A stretch of DNA of 64,000 bases, taken from positions 192,001-256,000 of the forward strand of contig JBEPYN010000001.1 in NCBI GenBank assembly GCA_041641305.1, given 5' to 3'. The notes beneath the pieces were generated by a model that saw nothing but the letters and a program-made list of their open reading frames with translations, was not told the origin of the DNA and ran no database searches. The number at the start of each line of letters is the position of its first letter. The stretch's first letter is position 1. Shown piece by piece: positions 35,809-46,265 of this stretch. This stretch comes from Nitrososphaerota archaeon (GTDB lineage Archaea; Thermoproteota; Nitrososphaeria_A; Caldarchaeales; Caldarchaeaceae). The translations under genes were made by a program, and so were the position numbers.

Positions 35809-38014
35809 CAGTAAGCTTCATAGGCAAGTAGCGGCTGACATGGTAAACCGCGTAGCCATAGACACCTTTTACCGAGGAAAACTCGTTTGCCTCGAGCTGA
35901 ATCTGTAGAGCCGGCGTCATCCATCCCTGCGCAATATCCATCACATGGAGAGAGTACAGTACCTTCGCGCCGCCTGATGCCCTCTCAACAAACATGGTAA
36001 CCAATCTCTTGTACTCGGGTATCGTGTAGTTTCCCTGCAGAGGCTTCTCCAAGGTTTTGACGAACGGGTTCGTGAGCAAGACGATGTAATCAGCATGCTT
36101 AATAACAGTTTCAACAGCAGAGGAGAATCCGTTTCTCGCAACCAGGGGGTCTACCTCAACAAACAATAGAAGGCCTCTGGTTTTTGCCTTTGTAGCCAAG
36201 ATTGATACAAACTGTGCGAAGCCGTCGACGTCGGCATCAGGCTTCATCCAGTCAAACCCCATAACATAGACACCCACATAACCCATGCGAGAAACCGTGT
36301 CAACAACTTTTTCTGCAAAAATCTCAGCGAGAACCTCGCCCGAATCAGTCACACATGAAAAAACAATATCTCCGCTGGGAGACACACATCTCCCAAACTC
36401 TGACAAAAGTCGGGAAGAATTATAGCCGTGATATCCAAAATGTACAGAGACATAGCTTGTCTTGAGGTATAGGCCAAGGAGCGGCGTAACTCCCATGATT
36501 TTCAGCTCGGATGCGAGGCCTGCCAAATCTTTTTCCAGCCACAAGTCGTTGGTGAGTTTAAACCTCGAGGATTCTCCAAAGTTCCCTCCGTAGATGTAGG
36601 GCTCGGGACCGAACGGTATCACAAGATGGGTCATGAAAAGTCTATCGGCAACCCCTTCTACACCAAAGCCCTCTGTTTTTGTAAAGAGGGCCTCAACACC
36701 CTCTGTGACTCCTACAACAACCGATGCCCGTGGCACGACCACTCCTCTACCGACGGGGAAAACTGCCACAACCAGCACCAATACCAGCAGTAGCGAAACA
36801 ATAGTAATTCTCTGAACATTCCAAATATTTTTACGAGCACCGACCAGCGATGTGAGCAGAACAATGAACCTCGAGCCGCCGAACACAGCGGACAAAACCA
36901 ACGCAACTCCGGCTATGGTTACCGACTCGACTTCCCGAGAAACAACTATCCTCCCGATGTTGCTCAGGTCAAATATGGCGAGCGCAACCTGTGAAGCCGC
37001 TATAAACAGGAGGCCTGCGGCCACGAGCAGCACCGTGTTCAAACGTAGCTCTCTGCTCGTGCTACGCAGAGACGAGAGTGTGAGAAACGGCAGAACCCAT
37101 AAAACATATTGGACGTTTACTTTTGCGGATGTGGCTAAGAAAGCCACCAAGGTTAGTTGCGAGAGGTCGAAAAGGCTTGGGCCATAGTTTCTGAAGCTTC
37201 TTCTGTAGACGATATAGAGTATTGCGACGAAGAAGCCATAGGATAGAGCCGGTATGGCTGACGGGGGCGAGATGAGGCTAAGGGCTGTCCAGTAGGTGAA
37301 GCTGCCGATGTTTCCAAAGTGGTAGAAAAGCTTCTCGATGAGGGGGCCGGGGTTGGCGAGGTATGGTGCAGAAGGTATGATCAACCCGGCGGCACATGCC
37401 ACGATAACTGAGATGGATTTCTTGATGGATACTCGCTCAACCATCTTCATGTAAATGAGGAGCGGAAGCATCAGGAAGAGAGGATAGAGCTTGACCGCTC
37501 CACCAACACCGAGCGCAAACGCTGCAGCCGCGTATTTCCTGCGGTGGGCGAGCAAGATACCTAGGAGGGATAGAGCTACGGCTATTGAGTCGAACATGCC
37601 CCATACAGCTGAGATGGCTATGACCAACGGGTTGAAGAGCCAGAGAAGCGAGGCCAACCCCGCGTATCTCAATCCACCCGTTTCAGCAGCAAGTTTAGCA
37701 ACCAGAACAGCAACAAACAAATCAGCCAAGATAATCGGAAGCTTGATGACGAACACGTGAAAACCCAGACTCGGATAAAAGCCAGACACGACATGCGCAA
37801 ACCCCAGCCAGTAGAGCCAGACAGGTGGATAAGCGTAGAAACCCCATGGAAAATCTGTCAAGTTCTTGACAGAATAGACATCGACGCCGCTGGAGAACAT
37901 CTCCCCGCTCTTAATCCAAACATACATGTCCCACGAATGACCGAAAAAGGGCGCCAAAACAGCTCGAATCAGAAAAGCTGCGCCGAAGACGGCGAGCGTT
38001 CTCCAGCTCCACAT
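35801..38014 (-). CDS. GT-C-fold membrane glycosyltransferase with C-terminal soluble alpha/beta domain
   Basis: GHSWD, YAYPP, LFNPL..SAVWGMFD, KLYP, QYVLW; many TM segments then about 300 soluble residues. Confidence 0.75.
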   Translation of the reverse strand: MWSWRTLAVFGAAFLIRAVLAPFFGHSWDMYVWIKSGEMFSSGVDVYSVKNLTDFPWGFYAYPPVWLYWLGFAHVVSGFYPSLGFHVFVIKLPIILADLFVAVLVAKLAAETGGLRYAGLASLLWLFNPLVIAISAVWGMFDSIAVALSLLGILLAHRRKYAAAAFALGVGGAVKLYPLFLMLPLLIYMKMVERVSIKKSISVIVACAAGLIIPSAPYLANPGPLIEKLFYHFGNIGSFTYWTALSLISPPSAIPALSYGFFVAILYIVYRRSFRNYGPSLFDLSQLTLVAFLATSAKVNVQYVLWVLPFLTLSSLRSTSRELRLNTVLLVAAGLLFIAASQVALAIFDLSNIGRIVVSREVESVTIAGVALVLSAVFGGSRFIVLLTSLVGARKNIWNVQRITIVSLLLVLVLVVAVFPVGRGVVVPRASVVVGVTEGVEALFTKTEGFGVEGVADRLFMTHLVIPFGPEPYIYGGNFGESSRFKLTNDLWLEKDLAGLASELKIMGVTPLLGLYLKTSYVSVHFGYHGYNSSRLLSEFGRCVSPSGDIVFSCVTDSGEVLAEIFAEKVVDTVSRMGYVGVYVMGFDWMKPDADVDGFAQFVSILATKAKTRGLLLFVEVDPLVARNGFSSAVETVIKHADYIVLLTNPFVKTLEKPLQGNYTIPEYKRLVTMFVERASGGAKVLYSLHVMDIAQGWMTPALQIQLEANEFSSVKGVYGYAVYHVSRYLPMKLTVS

Positions 38015-38067
38015 CCGGCCAACGGAGAGGCAAAACTCTATTTAAACGATTTCAGCACACTTCGAAC

Positions 38068-38949
38068 ATGAAATCGAGCGAATTATCATTCTACCTGCAG
38101 AAAGGGATGGCTTTCTCTGGCGCGGAAACCGGGTTGGAGGAAGCGCGGTACTGCGTTTTCGGCGTTCCCTATGACTTGACCAGCAGTTTTAGGCCAGGTT
38201 CTAGATACGGACCCGAGGCTGTCCGCAGGTTCAGCGCCAACATCGAGGCCAACAGCTATCGCAAAACCTTTGACATAACCGCAGCTAAAATAGCTGACCT
38301 CGGCGACATCATATTCGAGTACAGGCTGCCGAAAATGGTGAGTAAAGTCGCTAAAGTTGTTGAAACGCTATCAGGTTTGGGAAAAATTCCGGTGATGATT
38401 GGAGGGGAGCATAGCTTCACCTATCCATGTTTTAAACATCTCGCGGAAAAATCATCATGTCTCATAGTACTTGATGCTCATTTTGATCTTCGTGACGAGT
38501 ATCTTGGTCTCCGGTTCAACCATGCATCTTATCTACGCCGCCTCGTGGAGAAATTCCCCGACAAACCCGTGGCCGTTCTCGGCGTTAGGGGTTTTGACCC
38601 AGCTGAGGAAAAATTCGCAAAGAGCCATGGAGTAACATACATCAAGGCATGTGAAATGGGGGATTGGCGTAGAGTAACAAAGGTGGTTGAAGAAGTTGTC
38701 GGAGACGGCCGGCCATACATTTCGGTTGACATCGACGTGGTGGACCCAGGATTTTGCCCCGGTGTGGGAAACCCCGAGCCTGAAGGCCTTACACCGACGC
38801 AGATTATCAACCTTGTCTCAACAATTGGGGCCTTTAGACCATCAGGTTTGGATGTGGTCGAGGTCAACCCGCTCTTCGACAACGGTGCAACAGCCGCGCT
38901 GGCCGCGCGTATAATTTTTGAAACAATTGCCTCGGCCGAGGAAACCTAA
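38068..38949 (+). CDS. speB: Agmatinase (ureohydrolase)
   Basis: RPGSRYGP, GGEHS, DAHFD, DIDVVDP, DVVEVNP. Confidence 0.92.
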   Translation: MKSSELSFYLQKGMAFSGAETGLEEARYCVFGVPYDLTSSFRPGSRYGPEAVRRFSANIEANSYRKTFDITAAKIADLGDIIFEYRLPKMVSKVAKVVETLSGLGKIPVMIGGEHSFTYPCFKHLAEKSSCLIVLDAHFDLRDEYLGLRFNHASYLRRLVEKFPDKPVAVLGVRGFDPAEEKFAKSHGVTYIKACEMGDWRRVTKVVEEVVGDGRPYISVDIDVVDPGFCPGVGNPEPEGLTPTQIINLVSTIGAFRPSGLDVVEVNPLFDNGATAALAARIIFETIASAEET

Positions 38950-38973
38950 ATATCCATCGGAGCAGATGTAATC

Positions 38974-41457
38974 TTGGTTTTCATGGTGGAGCGATATTTT
39001 CTCCTCGGCGTTGGATATGATGGTCAGGAGAGGAAGGCGTTTCTTAAGCTTCTCAACCTCTCCACTAGCACGGTGGAGATTTATCTGGACCCAACCGGTC
39101 ACAGGCCATATTGTTTGACAGACCAGCCTGTTCAAGAACTTGAGAAAAACCAGTCACTGCGGGAAGCTGGTGCAACAGCCTTCATCAAGGTCACGAAGTA
39201 TGACAGCATAGCAGATAAACATCGTGAGATGACGCTGGTTCAAGCAACCGATCCACTCGCTGTAGGTGGGAGCAAAAAATCTATCAGGGAACTCATCCCA
39301 TCCTGGGAAGCCGACATACCCTATCACCTGAACTATGTCTACGACATGCGGCTCACACCAAGCATGATTTACGAGAAAAAGGACGGAGAGCTCACCCCGG
39401 TATACGGGGAGAAATCCAGAGTGGAGAACATTCTTCAACAGTTCTTCTCAGACCTCTCGGCTGAGGAGCGGGAGGAGATGGAGAAATGGCTTCTAATGCT
39501 TGAGTCTGAACATCCCGCCGTAGACTTCACAGGCCTTGACATCGAGATTCTGAGCGACTCGCCCACCAAGGTGCCGAGCCCGAGCAACCCCGTGGACAGG
39601 GTTGTGGCCGTCTCTTTCTCGGGAACAAGAGGCATGGGGAAAGTGCTTGTCCTCAGACGAGATGGTGTCGACATGACTTTCAACGGCGGCGAATACAGCG
39701 TCGAGGTCTTCGACGAGGAAACAGCGCTCTTAAACAGATGCTTCGAGATAATGGATTCCTACCCCATAGTTGTAACCTTCAACGGCGACGAATTCGATCT
39801 CCCATATCTCCGCAACAGGGCTGAGAAACTCGGCATACCAAAGAGCAGAATCCCCGTAACCCTCGGCAGAGAGGGAGCCTCGCTACGGCGGGGGATACAT
39901 CTCGACCTCTATAGGTTCTTCAACAACAAATCGGTACAGGTCTACGCTTTTGAGAACCGTTACCGCGAGCACACGCTTGATGGTGTGGCGAAGGCATTGA
40001 TAGGTGTTGGAAAAGTCGAGCTGTCAAAAACGCTTAGTGAGTTGTCTTTGCAGGAGCTCGCGGACTACAGCTACCGCGACTCAAGGCTTCTAAGGGACAT
40101 GGTTGACGCCAATGACCGGCTTATACTACGCCTGATGGCGGTAATTTCCCGGATAAGCAAAATGCCAATCGAAGATGTGTGCAGACATGGTGTAAGCGGG
40201 TGGATCAAGAACCTTCTCTACTGGGAGTTACGGGGACGTAACTGGCTTATTCCGCGGAAAGAAGAGCTGATAAACGCTAAAGGAGGCACGACAACAAAGG
40301 CGATTATCGAGGGCAAGAAATACCGCGGCGCCCTGGTCGTCGAACCAGTGCCCGGCATCCACTTTAACGTCACAGTACTCGACTTCGCCTCCCTGTACCC
40401 AAGCATACTCAAGGAGTATAACCTCAGCTTCGAGACAATCAACTGTGGACACGAAGAATGCAAAACAAACACTATACCTGAGACAACCCACTGGGTCTGC
40501 ACTCGGAAAAGAGGTCTTCAGAGCGGCATCATCGGTGTGATAAGAGACATCAGGGTCAGATGGTATAAGCCGATGGCGTCTAACAAGTCTCTTGATTCCG
40601 TTACGAGAAGCTGGTACGAGGTTGTCCAGCGGGCGTTGAAGGTTTTCCTAAACGCGAGCTACGGAGTGCTCGGGTTCGAAGAGTTCCCACTATACTGTCC
40701 GCCATTAGCTGAGAGCACCACAGCTATCGGAAGATACGTTTTCTCCTCCGCAGTCGAGAAGGCGAAATCCCTCGGAGTAACAGTTGTTTATGGCGACACC
40801 GACTCGATATTCCTCAAGGCTGAAAAACAGGAGCTTGTCCACGAGCTGATTAGATGGGCCCGTGAAAAATTCAGGCTCGACCTCGAGTTCGACAAAGTCT
40901 ACCGCTACGTTGTCTTCAGCAAAAGGAAGAAAAACTACCTAGGGGTTACGGATAGGGGGGTTGTAGACGTGAAAGGCCTCACAGGCAAGAAAAGAAACAT
41001 CCCTGTCTTCATCAAAGAGGCTTTTGACGACATGCTGAAGCAGTTGGCCGAGGTAAAGTCGGCTGAGGAGCTTGAGACCGTGAAGAAAAACATCAGACAG
41101 GTCATCGCAACATGGTACTCGAGGCTAAAGAACAGAACCTTCGAGATTGACCAGCTCGCCTTCCGCGTGATGATGTCGAAAACTATTGAGCGGTATGAGA
41201 AGACGACGCCCCAGCATGTGAAGGCTGCGAAAAAGCTTCAGAGCCTCGGGATCAAGGTTGGACCCGGCGACATAATAAGCTACGTCAAAACAAAGGACAA
41301 GGATGGTGTGACGCCGCTTCAGCTCGCTAAGAAAGAAAACATCGATGTCGACAAATACATCGAATACATGAAGTCAACATTTGAGCAGGTACTCGACCCG
41401 CTGGAGATTGACTTCGACAGCATCATTGGGTTGACGAGCCTTGAGAGCTTTATGTAG
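38974..41457 (+). CDS. polB1: Family B DNA polymerase (PolB1 type)
   Basis: DIE and FNGDEFD exonuclease motifs, DFASLYPS, KVFLNASYG, YGDTDS, KKNY, KGLTGKK. Confidence 0.93.
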   Translation: MVFMVERYFLLGVGYDGQERKAFLKLLNLSTSTVEIYLDPTGHRPYCLTDQPVQELEKNQSLREAGATAFIKVTKYDSIADKHREMTLVQATDPLAVGGSKKSIRELIPSWEADIPYHLNYVYDMRLTPSMIYEKKDGELTPVYGEKSRVENILQQFFSDLSAEEREEMEKWLLMLESEHPAVDFTGLDIEILSDSPTKVPSPSNPVDRVVAVSFSGTRGMGKVLVLRRDGVDMTFNGGEYSVEVFDEETALLNRCFEIMDSYPIVVTFNGDEFDLPYLRNRAEKLGIPKSRIPVTLGREGASLRRGIHLDLYRFFNNKSVQVYAFENRYREHTLDGVAKALIGVGKVELSKTLSELSLQELADYSYRDSRLLRDMVDANDRLILRLMAVISRISKMPIEDVCRHGVSGWIKNLLYWELRGRNWLIPRKEELINAKGGTTTKAIIEGKKYRGALVVEPVPGIHFNVTVLDFASLYPSILKEYNLSFETINCGHEECKTNTIPETTHWVCTRKRGLQSGIIGVIRDIRVRWYKPMASNKSLDSVTRSWYEVVQRALKVFLNASYGVLGFEEFPLYCPPLAESTTAIGRYVFSSAVEKAKSLGVTVVYGDTDSIFLKAEKQELVHELIRWAREKFRLDLEFDKVYRYVVFSKRKKNYLGVTDRGVVDVKGLTGKKRNIPVFIKEAFDDMLKQLAEVKSAEELETVKKNIRQVIATWYSRLKNRTFEIDQLAFRVMMSKTIERYEKTTPQHVKAAKKLQSLGIKVGPGDIISYVKTKDKDGVTPLQLAKKENIDVDKYIEYMKSTFEQVLDPLEIDFDSIIGLTSLESFM

Positions 41458-41459
41458 CG

Positions 41460-42683
41460 TCAGCGGTCCGCCTCAACGGGCCAATAGTTGAGAGACCAGT
41501 ATATCGGCGGGATGTTTGCTATCTCCTCTCCTCTGAGCAGGTATTTTATGGCGGGTATTAGGCGGAATGATGGTGTACTTATTTTTACGCGGTAGGGCTT
41601 GTCCCCGCCCTCGCTCCTGATATAGTACATCATCTCGCCGCGCGCAGCCTCCGTCCTTGCCACGGCTTCGCCCGCGGGAACCCTGATGTTGATGGGATGC
41701 TGCTTAACCTTCACAGGACCATCAGGCATCATCTCGGCCGCTTGTGAGATGATTTTGCAGCTTTCCCTCAATTCCTTGAACCCGACTATTGCCCGGTCGT
41801 AGCAGTCTCCACGCTCCCCGACGGGTACCTCGAACTTCAACTGGTTGTAGGCATCGTATGGGTTGTTGACTCTGTTGTCGAACCTTATCCCAGATGCGCG
41901 GAGAGTTGTCCCAACCACTCCCAGCCTTACAGCATCCTCAGACTTGAGAACACCAACGTTACGGGTCCGTGAGATGAAGAGCTCGTTGTTGAAGAAGAGG
42001 TCCCAGTAGTCGTCAAGCCGCTTGTCGAAGAATTCGCAGACATATGTGATGTATTTGCGTAGCTGCTCGGCGTCGCTGGGCAAGTCCTTCCCCGTCACCA
42101 TCCTATAGTAGCGGTTAAACTCTTTCAACAGAGGTTGCGGGACTTTTGCCGGCATGTCGTTGCGTACACCGCCGGGCTCGAAGTAGCTATGGGTTATGCG
42201 TTGGCCACCTATTAGTGAGGTGAGGTCGACAAGGTATTCTCTGTCGCCGAAACACCAGAGGAACATCGTGGCGTTTCCCAGGAAGACGCCGTATAGTGCG
42301 AACCAGTAGAGGTGGCTGGCTATACGCTGCAGTTCGGCCATAATGACACGTAGATATTTCGCCCTCTCTGGTGGCTCTATTCCCATCAGCTTCTCCACAG
42401 CCAACACATATGGGTACTGTATACCCGCTGAGTCGAGGATGACGGGCCTCTCGAGGTGCGGTATGTTCGTTATCCATGTTTTGTACTCTGCGAGTTTCTC
42501 TTCCCCCCTGTGGACGAAACCCGGGTCCGGCTCCGCCTCGAGGACTGTGTCGCCGAGGACCGTGATGATGAGCCTAAAGTGTCCCGTGCCGGGATGCTGT
42601 GGGCCGTAGCTCATTTTGAGGGCGCCTTCACCGACGTCATAGACCTCGATTTTTCTTATCTCCTTATGCTCTGTTACGGTCAA
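41460..42683 (-). CDS. nuoD: Complex I subunit D
   Basis: GPQHP, GFVHRGEEK, GGVRND, EAARGE, C-terminal EADR; no NiFe-binding CxxC. Confidence 0.93.
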   Translation of the reverse strand: MTVTEHKEIRKIEVYDVGEGALKMSYGPQHPGTGHFRLIITVLGDTVLEAEPDPGFVHRGEEKLAEYKTWITNIPHLERPVILDSAGIQYPYVLAVEKLMGIEPPERAKYLRVIMAELQRIASHLYWFALYGVFLGNATMFLWCFGDREYLVDLTSLIGGQRITHSYFEPGGVRNDMPAKVPQPLLKEFNRYYRMVTGKDLPSDAEQLRKYITYVCEFFDKRLDDYWDLFFNNELFISRTRNVGVLKSEDAVRLGVVGTTLRASGIRFDNRVNNPYDAYNQLKFEVPVGERGDCYDRAIVGFKELRESCKIISQAAEMMPDGPVKVKQHPINIRVPAGEAVARTEAARGEMMYYIRSEGGDKPYRVKISTPSFRLIPAIKYLLRGEEIANIPPIYWSLNYWPVEADR

Positions 42684-42689
42684 TCTTTT

Positions 42690-43178
42690 TCACCTCCCGG
42701 GTGGCTCATAGTCTTTCAGCATAGGTGGGACGTCGCTCCAATACTCTGGAAGAAGAAGCCTTCTCAGGTCGGGGTGTCCCTCGAAGACTACTCCAAACAT
42801 CTCGTAAACCTCTCGCTCATGAAACTCTACACTTGGCCAAACCTCTATTAGGCTCGGCATACGCGGTGATTTTCTATCCAGCTTGGTTGATAGCGCTATG
42901 TCGGCTGTCTCCAGCTCGGGTCTCGTGTATGAGCCGAGATGGTAGATGACCTCTATCTTGTCCTCTTTCTTCAAAAGCCTGCTCAAATCCACACCGGTGA
43001 CCGCCTTAACATGGTCGAGACCATAGTTGTCCCGGAGAAAACGCGCAACAGCGACCACAGACTCGGTCTCCACAACTATTTTCACCAGCTTTCGTGTATC
43101 GACGGCTTTCTCGAGAAGTGCTTTGCCAAACTTGTTCTCAAGCTCCTGCACAACGGTTAACGCTGTTTCAGACATCAC
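42690..43178 (-). CDS. nuoC: Complex I subunit C
   Basis: EREVYEMFGVVFEGHPDLRRLLL..P.LKDY. Confidence 0.93.
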   Translation of the reverse strand: MMSETALTVVQELENKFGKALLEKAVDTRKLVKIVVETESVVAVARFLRDNYGLDHVKAVTGVDLSRLLKKEDKIEVIYHLGSYTRPELETADIALSTKLDRKSPRMPSLIEVWPSVEFHEREVYEMFGVVFEGHPDLRRLLLPEYWSDVPPMLKDYEPPGR

Positions 43179-43741
43179 GCAACCCTACCATAAAGGATTT
43201 TCTCCCTAAGCAGCAGAATGGCCTGGAAAAATGTTGAGGGGTTTGGTGGACATCCAGGAACATAGACATCAACCGGGAGTATGTCGTCGACGCCCTGTAT
43301 GACGTTGTAGCTGTCTTTGGCGTATAGCCCGCCGCTTATGGCGCACGCTCCCATAGCCACCACCCACTTCGGCTCAGGCATCTGGTCATAGATTAGACGA
43401 AGCCTCTGAGCCATCTTCGAAGTAACCGTACCCTCAACAACCAATACATCACTCTGGCGAAGGCTTCCCGTGGCGGGGAGCCAGCCAAACCTCTCTGGGT
43501 CATATCTGGGCGAGTGTGTAGCGGCGAACTCGACCGAGCAACATGCTGTGGTAATATGTGCGGGGAAGAGAGAAGCCATCCTGCCCCAGTTAAGCAGATA
43601 CCTTATCAGCCTAAAGTTGCGAAACCTGTAGAGAAAATACTCCACACCCCTCGGGGTCTCAACCCTGTGAACCTTCTCCACACCATAGCGCGCAATTGTC
43701 TCGTCAACCTTCCGATGCGAAACCTCTGTCTCCTCAACCAT
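43175..43741 (-). CDS. nuoB: Complex I subunit B
   Basis: TACCSVE, GACAISGG, VPGCPP; probable ATG 43741. Confidence 0.93.
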   Translation of the reverse strand: MVEETEVSHRKVDETIARYGVEKVHRVETPRGVEYFLYRFRNFRLIRYLLNWGRMASLFPAHITTACCSVEFAATHSPRYDPERFGWLPATGSLRQSDVLVVEGTVTSKMAQRLRLIYDQMPEPKWVVAMGACAISGGLYAKDSYNVIQGVDDILPVDVYVPGCPPNPSTFFQAILLLREKILYGRVA

Positions 43742-43871
43742 CGACACTATGTTTCTCGAGTCGGCGAACCTGTAGCCGAAAATCCCTGTTTTTACGTATC
43801 CGGGGAAGAAGGTTCTCGTCTGGGGGAACATGTCTTTGAGCAGAGAATTGGCGGCTTATTATTATAGGTTG

Positions 43872-44555
43872 CTAACCATAAAGCGTCCAACGCGGTGAAC
43901 GGTTTCTCAAGGGTAGCGAGATGAGAAGGCCTGTGATGAATCCTCCGACGTGTGCTGTGTATGCGATGGTGCTGAACGGCATGGCTAGCATGAAGAAGGT
44001 CTGGATTAGGATTATGAAGGCGATGACGACGTATGCGGGGGCGATGATTGGTATGAGGTAGAGAAAGGCGGCGAGAGGCCTCCGCGGAAAGAACACGAGA
44101 TAGCTTCCCATGATGCCGAAGATGGCTCCGGAGGCACCTATCGCCGGGACAACGCAGGCAGCTGGAAGAGGCCGCACAAGTGGACTGCATTCAAGAGACA
44201 TGAAAACAGCGTAGTAAAACATGTGAAAAAGCGCGGCCACAACACCGCTCAGAAAATATACGGCGAGAAACTTAGCCGACCCGAGCCGCTCCTCAACATC
44301 TCTTCCGAAAAGAAACAGTGCATACATGTTGAGGAATATGTGGAAAAAGTCGACGTGGATAAACATGTAGCTGATGAGGCTGAAAAGGTTTTGACCATTT
44401 AGGATGAAGATCGGCACAGCACCGAAGCTGAGTAGAAACCTGTTGAGTGCCAGCTGGTTTGCGAAAAACATGTTAATGAAAAGCCAGACCAAGATGTTGG
44501 CAACTATTATGACGTAGACGAGGCGGGGCCCATGGGTGGAGACATCATGATACAT
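43872..44555 (-). CDS. Rhomboid intramembrane serine protease
   Basis: HxxxxHIFLNM, GASGAIFG, AHVGG. Confidence 0.93.
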   Translation of the reverse strand: MYHDVSTHGPRLVYVIIVANILVWLFINMFFANQLALNRFLLSFGAVPIFILNGQNLFSLISYMFIHVDFFHIFLNMYALFLFGRDVEERLGSAKFLAVYFLSGVVAALFHMFYYAVFMSLECSPLVRPLPAACVVPAIGASGAIFGIMGSYLVFFPRRPLAAFLYLIPIIAPAYVVIAFIILIQTFFMLAMPFSTIAYTAHVGGFITGLLISLPLRNRSPRWTLYG

Positions 44556-44566
44556 CTTGGTTCGCC

Positions 44567-44929
44567 TCAGAGAAGTGGTAAACCGCCCGTGACCTTGTCT
44601 ACTTCCTCCTCGGGAGCCGGTCCTATGCCCAAGGCCGTTGCCGTCCCCGGTGGAAGCTCGGTTAGCCCCGCGTCTTCAACAATTTCCCACGGCAGCCCAC
44701 GGCGGCTGCATTCCGTCGCTAATCGGCGAAGCTCCTCCTCGGAAGAGACGCGGAGAACAACTTTCTTCTGCCCCGTATCAAACCAGTTCTTAACCCATTC
44801 AGGCCTCATTTTACGCGTCCTCTCAAGAGCGAGCACAGCCGCATGCCCTGCCTGAGCAGCTGTCTTACCCACACTCATCCTCAAATCCGAACGAACGACA
44901 ATCACCTGCTTAAATCCATCCATTACCAT
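44567..44929 (-). CDS. pth2: Peptidyl-tRNA hydrolase Pth2
   Basis: KQVIVVRSDL.MS.GK.AAQ.GHA, DAGLTE, GIGP. Confidence 0.95.
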   Translation of the reverse strand: MVMDGFKQVIVVRSDLRMSVGKTAAQAGHAAVLALERTRKMRPEWVKNWFDTGQKKVVLRVSSEEELRRLATECSRRGLPWEIVEDAGLTELPPGTATALGIGPAPEEEVDKVTGGLPLL

Positions 44930-44944
44930 GGATGTTTTTAAGCG

Positions 44945-45748
44945 GTGGATAAAAGGATGAACAAGCCAATCATCGCTCTGTTGACAGATTTCGGCGACGT
45001 CGACACATATGTTGCTGAGGTCAAGGCCACCATACTAAAGGAAGCTCCTGACGCGGTGCTTGTAGACATAACGCATCAAGTCCCTCCTCAAAACATATTG
45101 CAGGGTGCCTTCCTCCTCATGCTCGCCGCAAAAACATTCCCCAGCAACACAATATTCGTCGCTGTCATCGACCCCGGCGTCGGAGGCGAAAGAGCAGCTC
45201 TAATCGTAAAAACCATGTCGGGCAAAATCTTCATAGGACCCGACAACGGCCTCCTCTATCCAGCCGCATCACGTGAAAAAATCACACAAGTTATGAGAAT
45301 AAAGTCAGAGCTTATCCCAAACGTTTCACACACCTTTCATGGAAGAGATGTTTTCGCCCATGTCGCGGGCCTCATCGCCGCTGGAAAAGACATAGCCTAT
45401 CTAACTGAGCCGCGTGGTTCAATGGTTGAGCTGCGGATTCCGAAGCCTGTTATGGGAGATGATAGGGTGAATGCGGTTGTTCTTCATGCTGACAGGTTTG
45501 GTAACGTGATAACTTGTGTGGAAGGGGGTTTGCCGAGTGATTGGAGAAAAGCTGAGGTTTATGTCAACGATGAATGGAAGACAGTGGCCATGGTTGGAAG
45601 GTTTTACTCCGAGACAGAGAAGGGAGAACCCATTTTGCTGGTGGGAGGAACAGGCTACTTGGAGCTTTCCGTCAATAGGGGAAATGCCGCAGCCACGTAT
45701 GGCATCAAGCCGGGCGACAAAATATTCCTCGTCAAAAGTCGGGCTTGA
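44945..45748 (+). CDS. SAM hydroxide adenosyltransferase / chlorinase-fluorinase family (DUF62)
   Basis: LLTDFG, DITH, DPGVG, GPDNG, TFHGRDVF, DRFGN. Confidence 0.92.
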   Translation: MDKRMNKPIIALLTDFGDVDTYVAEVKATILKEAPDAVLVDITHQVPPQNILQGAFLLMLAAKTFPSNTIFVAVIDPGVGGERAALIVKTMSGKIFIGPDNGLLYPAASREKITQVMRIKSELIPNVSHTFHGRDVFAHVAGLIAAGKDIAYLTEPRGSMVELRIPKPVMGDDRVNAVVLHADRFGNVITCVEGGLPSDWRKAEVYVNDEWKTVAMVGRFYSETEKGEPILLVGGTGYLELSVNRGNAAATYGIKPGDKIFLVKSRA

Positions 45749-46247
45749 GAATGGTTGCCAATCTCTTCTCCGCCCCTATTTCCTCAAGATATTTTGCAGC
45801 CTCTGGGTGTAGCCTGCTTCTCCAGTCTCCCCTCGATGAGATGAGGCGCCTGATTTCACGGCCCATCATCACCTCCCGGTCAAAGAAGGGCACGGGCTCC
45901 ACTTTGTATCCAGCCTCTTCAAACAACACCTTGACCAGGCCGTTGTTGCTGTAGACCGTTTGGAAGCTGGGGCAGTAGGAGATGACCTGGCTGACCCAGA
46001 GCCTGTGTTCGCCGACATCAGGTATGGGTATTATGTAGACACGGCTTATGTCAACTGTTTGTCTGAGGCTTTTCGTAATTATCTCGATGCGTTCTCCTGT
46101 TGTGAAAGGGTTTTCAGCTGTATGGCTGTATTGGGCGGAGCCGATGCCGATGATGATTTCATCCTCCTTCTTGAGAATGTGTTCAACGGCGCGGAGATGA
46201 CCAAGGTGAAAGGGCTGGAAACGGCCTATGAAGAGACCACGCCTCAT
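45732..46247 (-). CDS. nadM: Nicotinamide-nucleotide adenylyltransferase
   Basis: GRFQPFHLGH, GSAQ.SH..ENPFT.GER. Confidence 0.93.
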   Translation of the reverse strand: MRRGLFIGRFQPFHLGHLRAVEHILKKEDEIIIGIGSAQYSHTAENPFTTGERIEIITKSLRQTVDISRVYIIPIPDVGEHRLWVSQVISYCPSFQTVYSNNGLVKVLFEEAGYKVEPVPFFDREVMMGREIRRLISSRGDWRSRLHPEAAKYLEEIGAEKRLATILKPDF

Positions 46248-46265
46248 CCAGCATCCATCCTCCCG

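Noticed and set aside
41460-43741. NiFe-hydrogenase interpretation of nuoBCD
   Set aside because: The large subunit lacks both Ni-binding CxxC motifs and ends in EADR, as in complex I.
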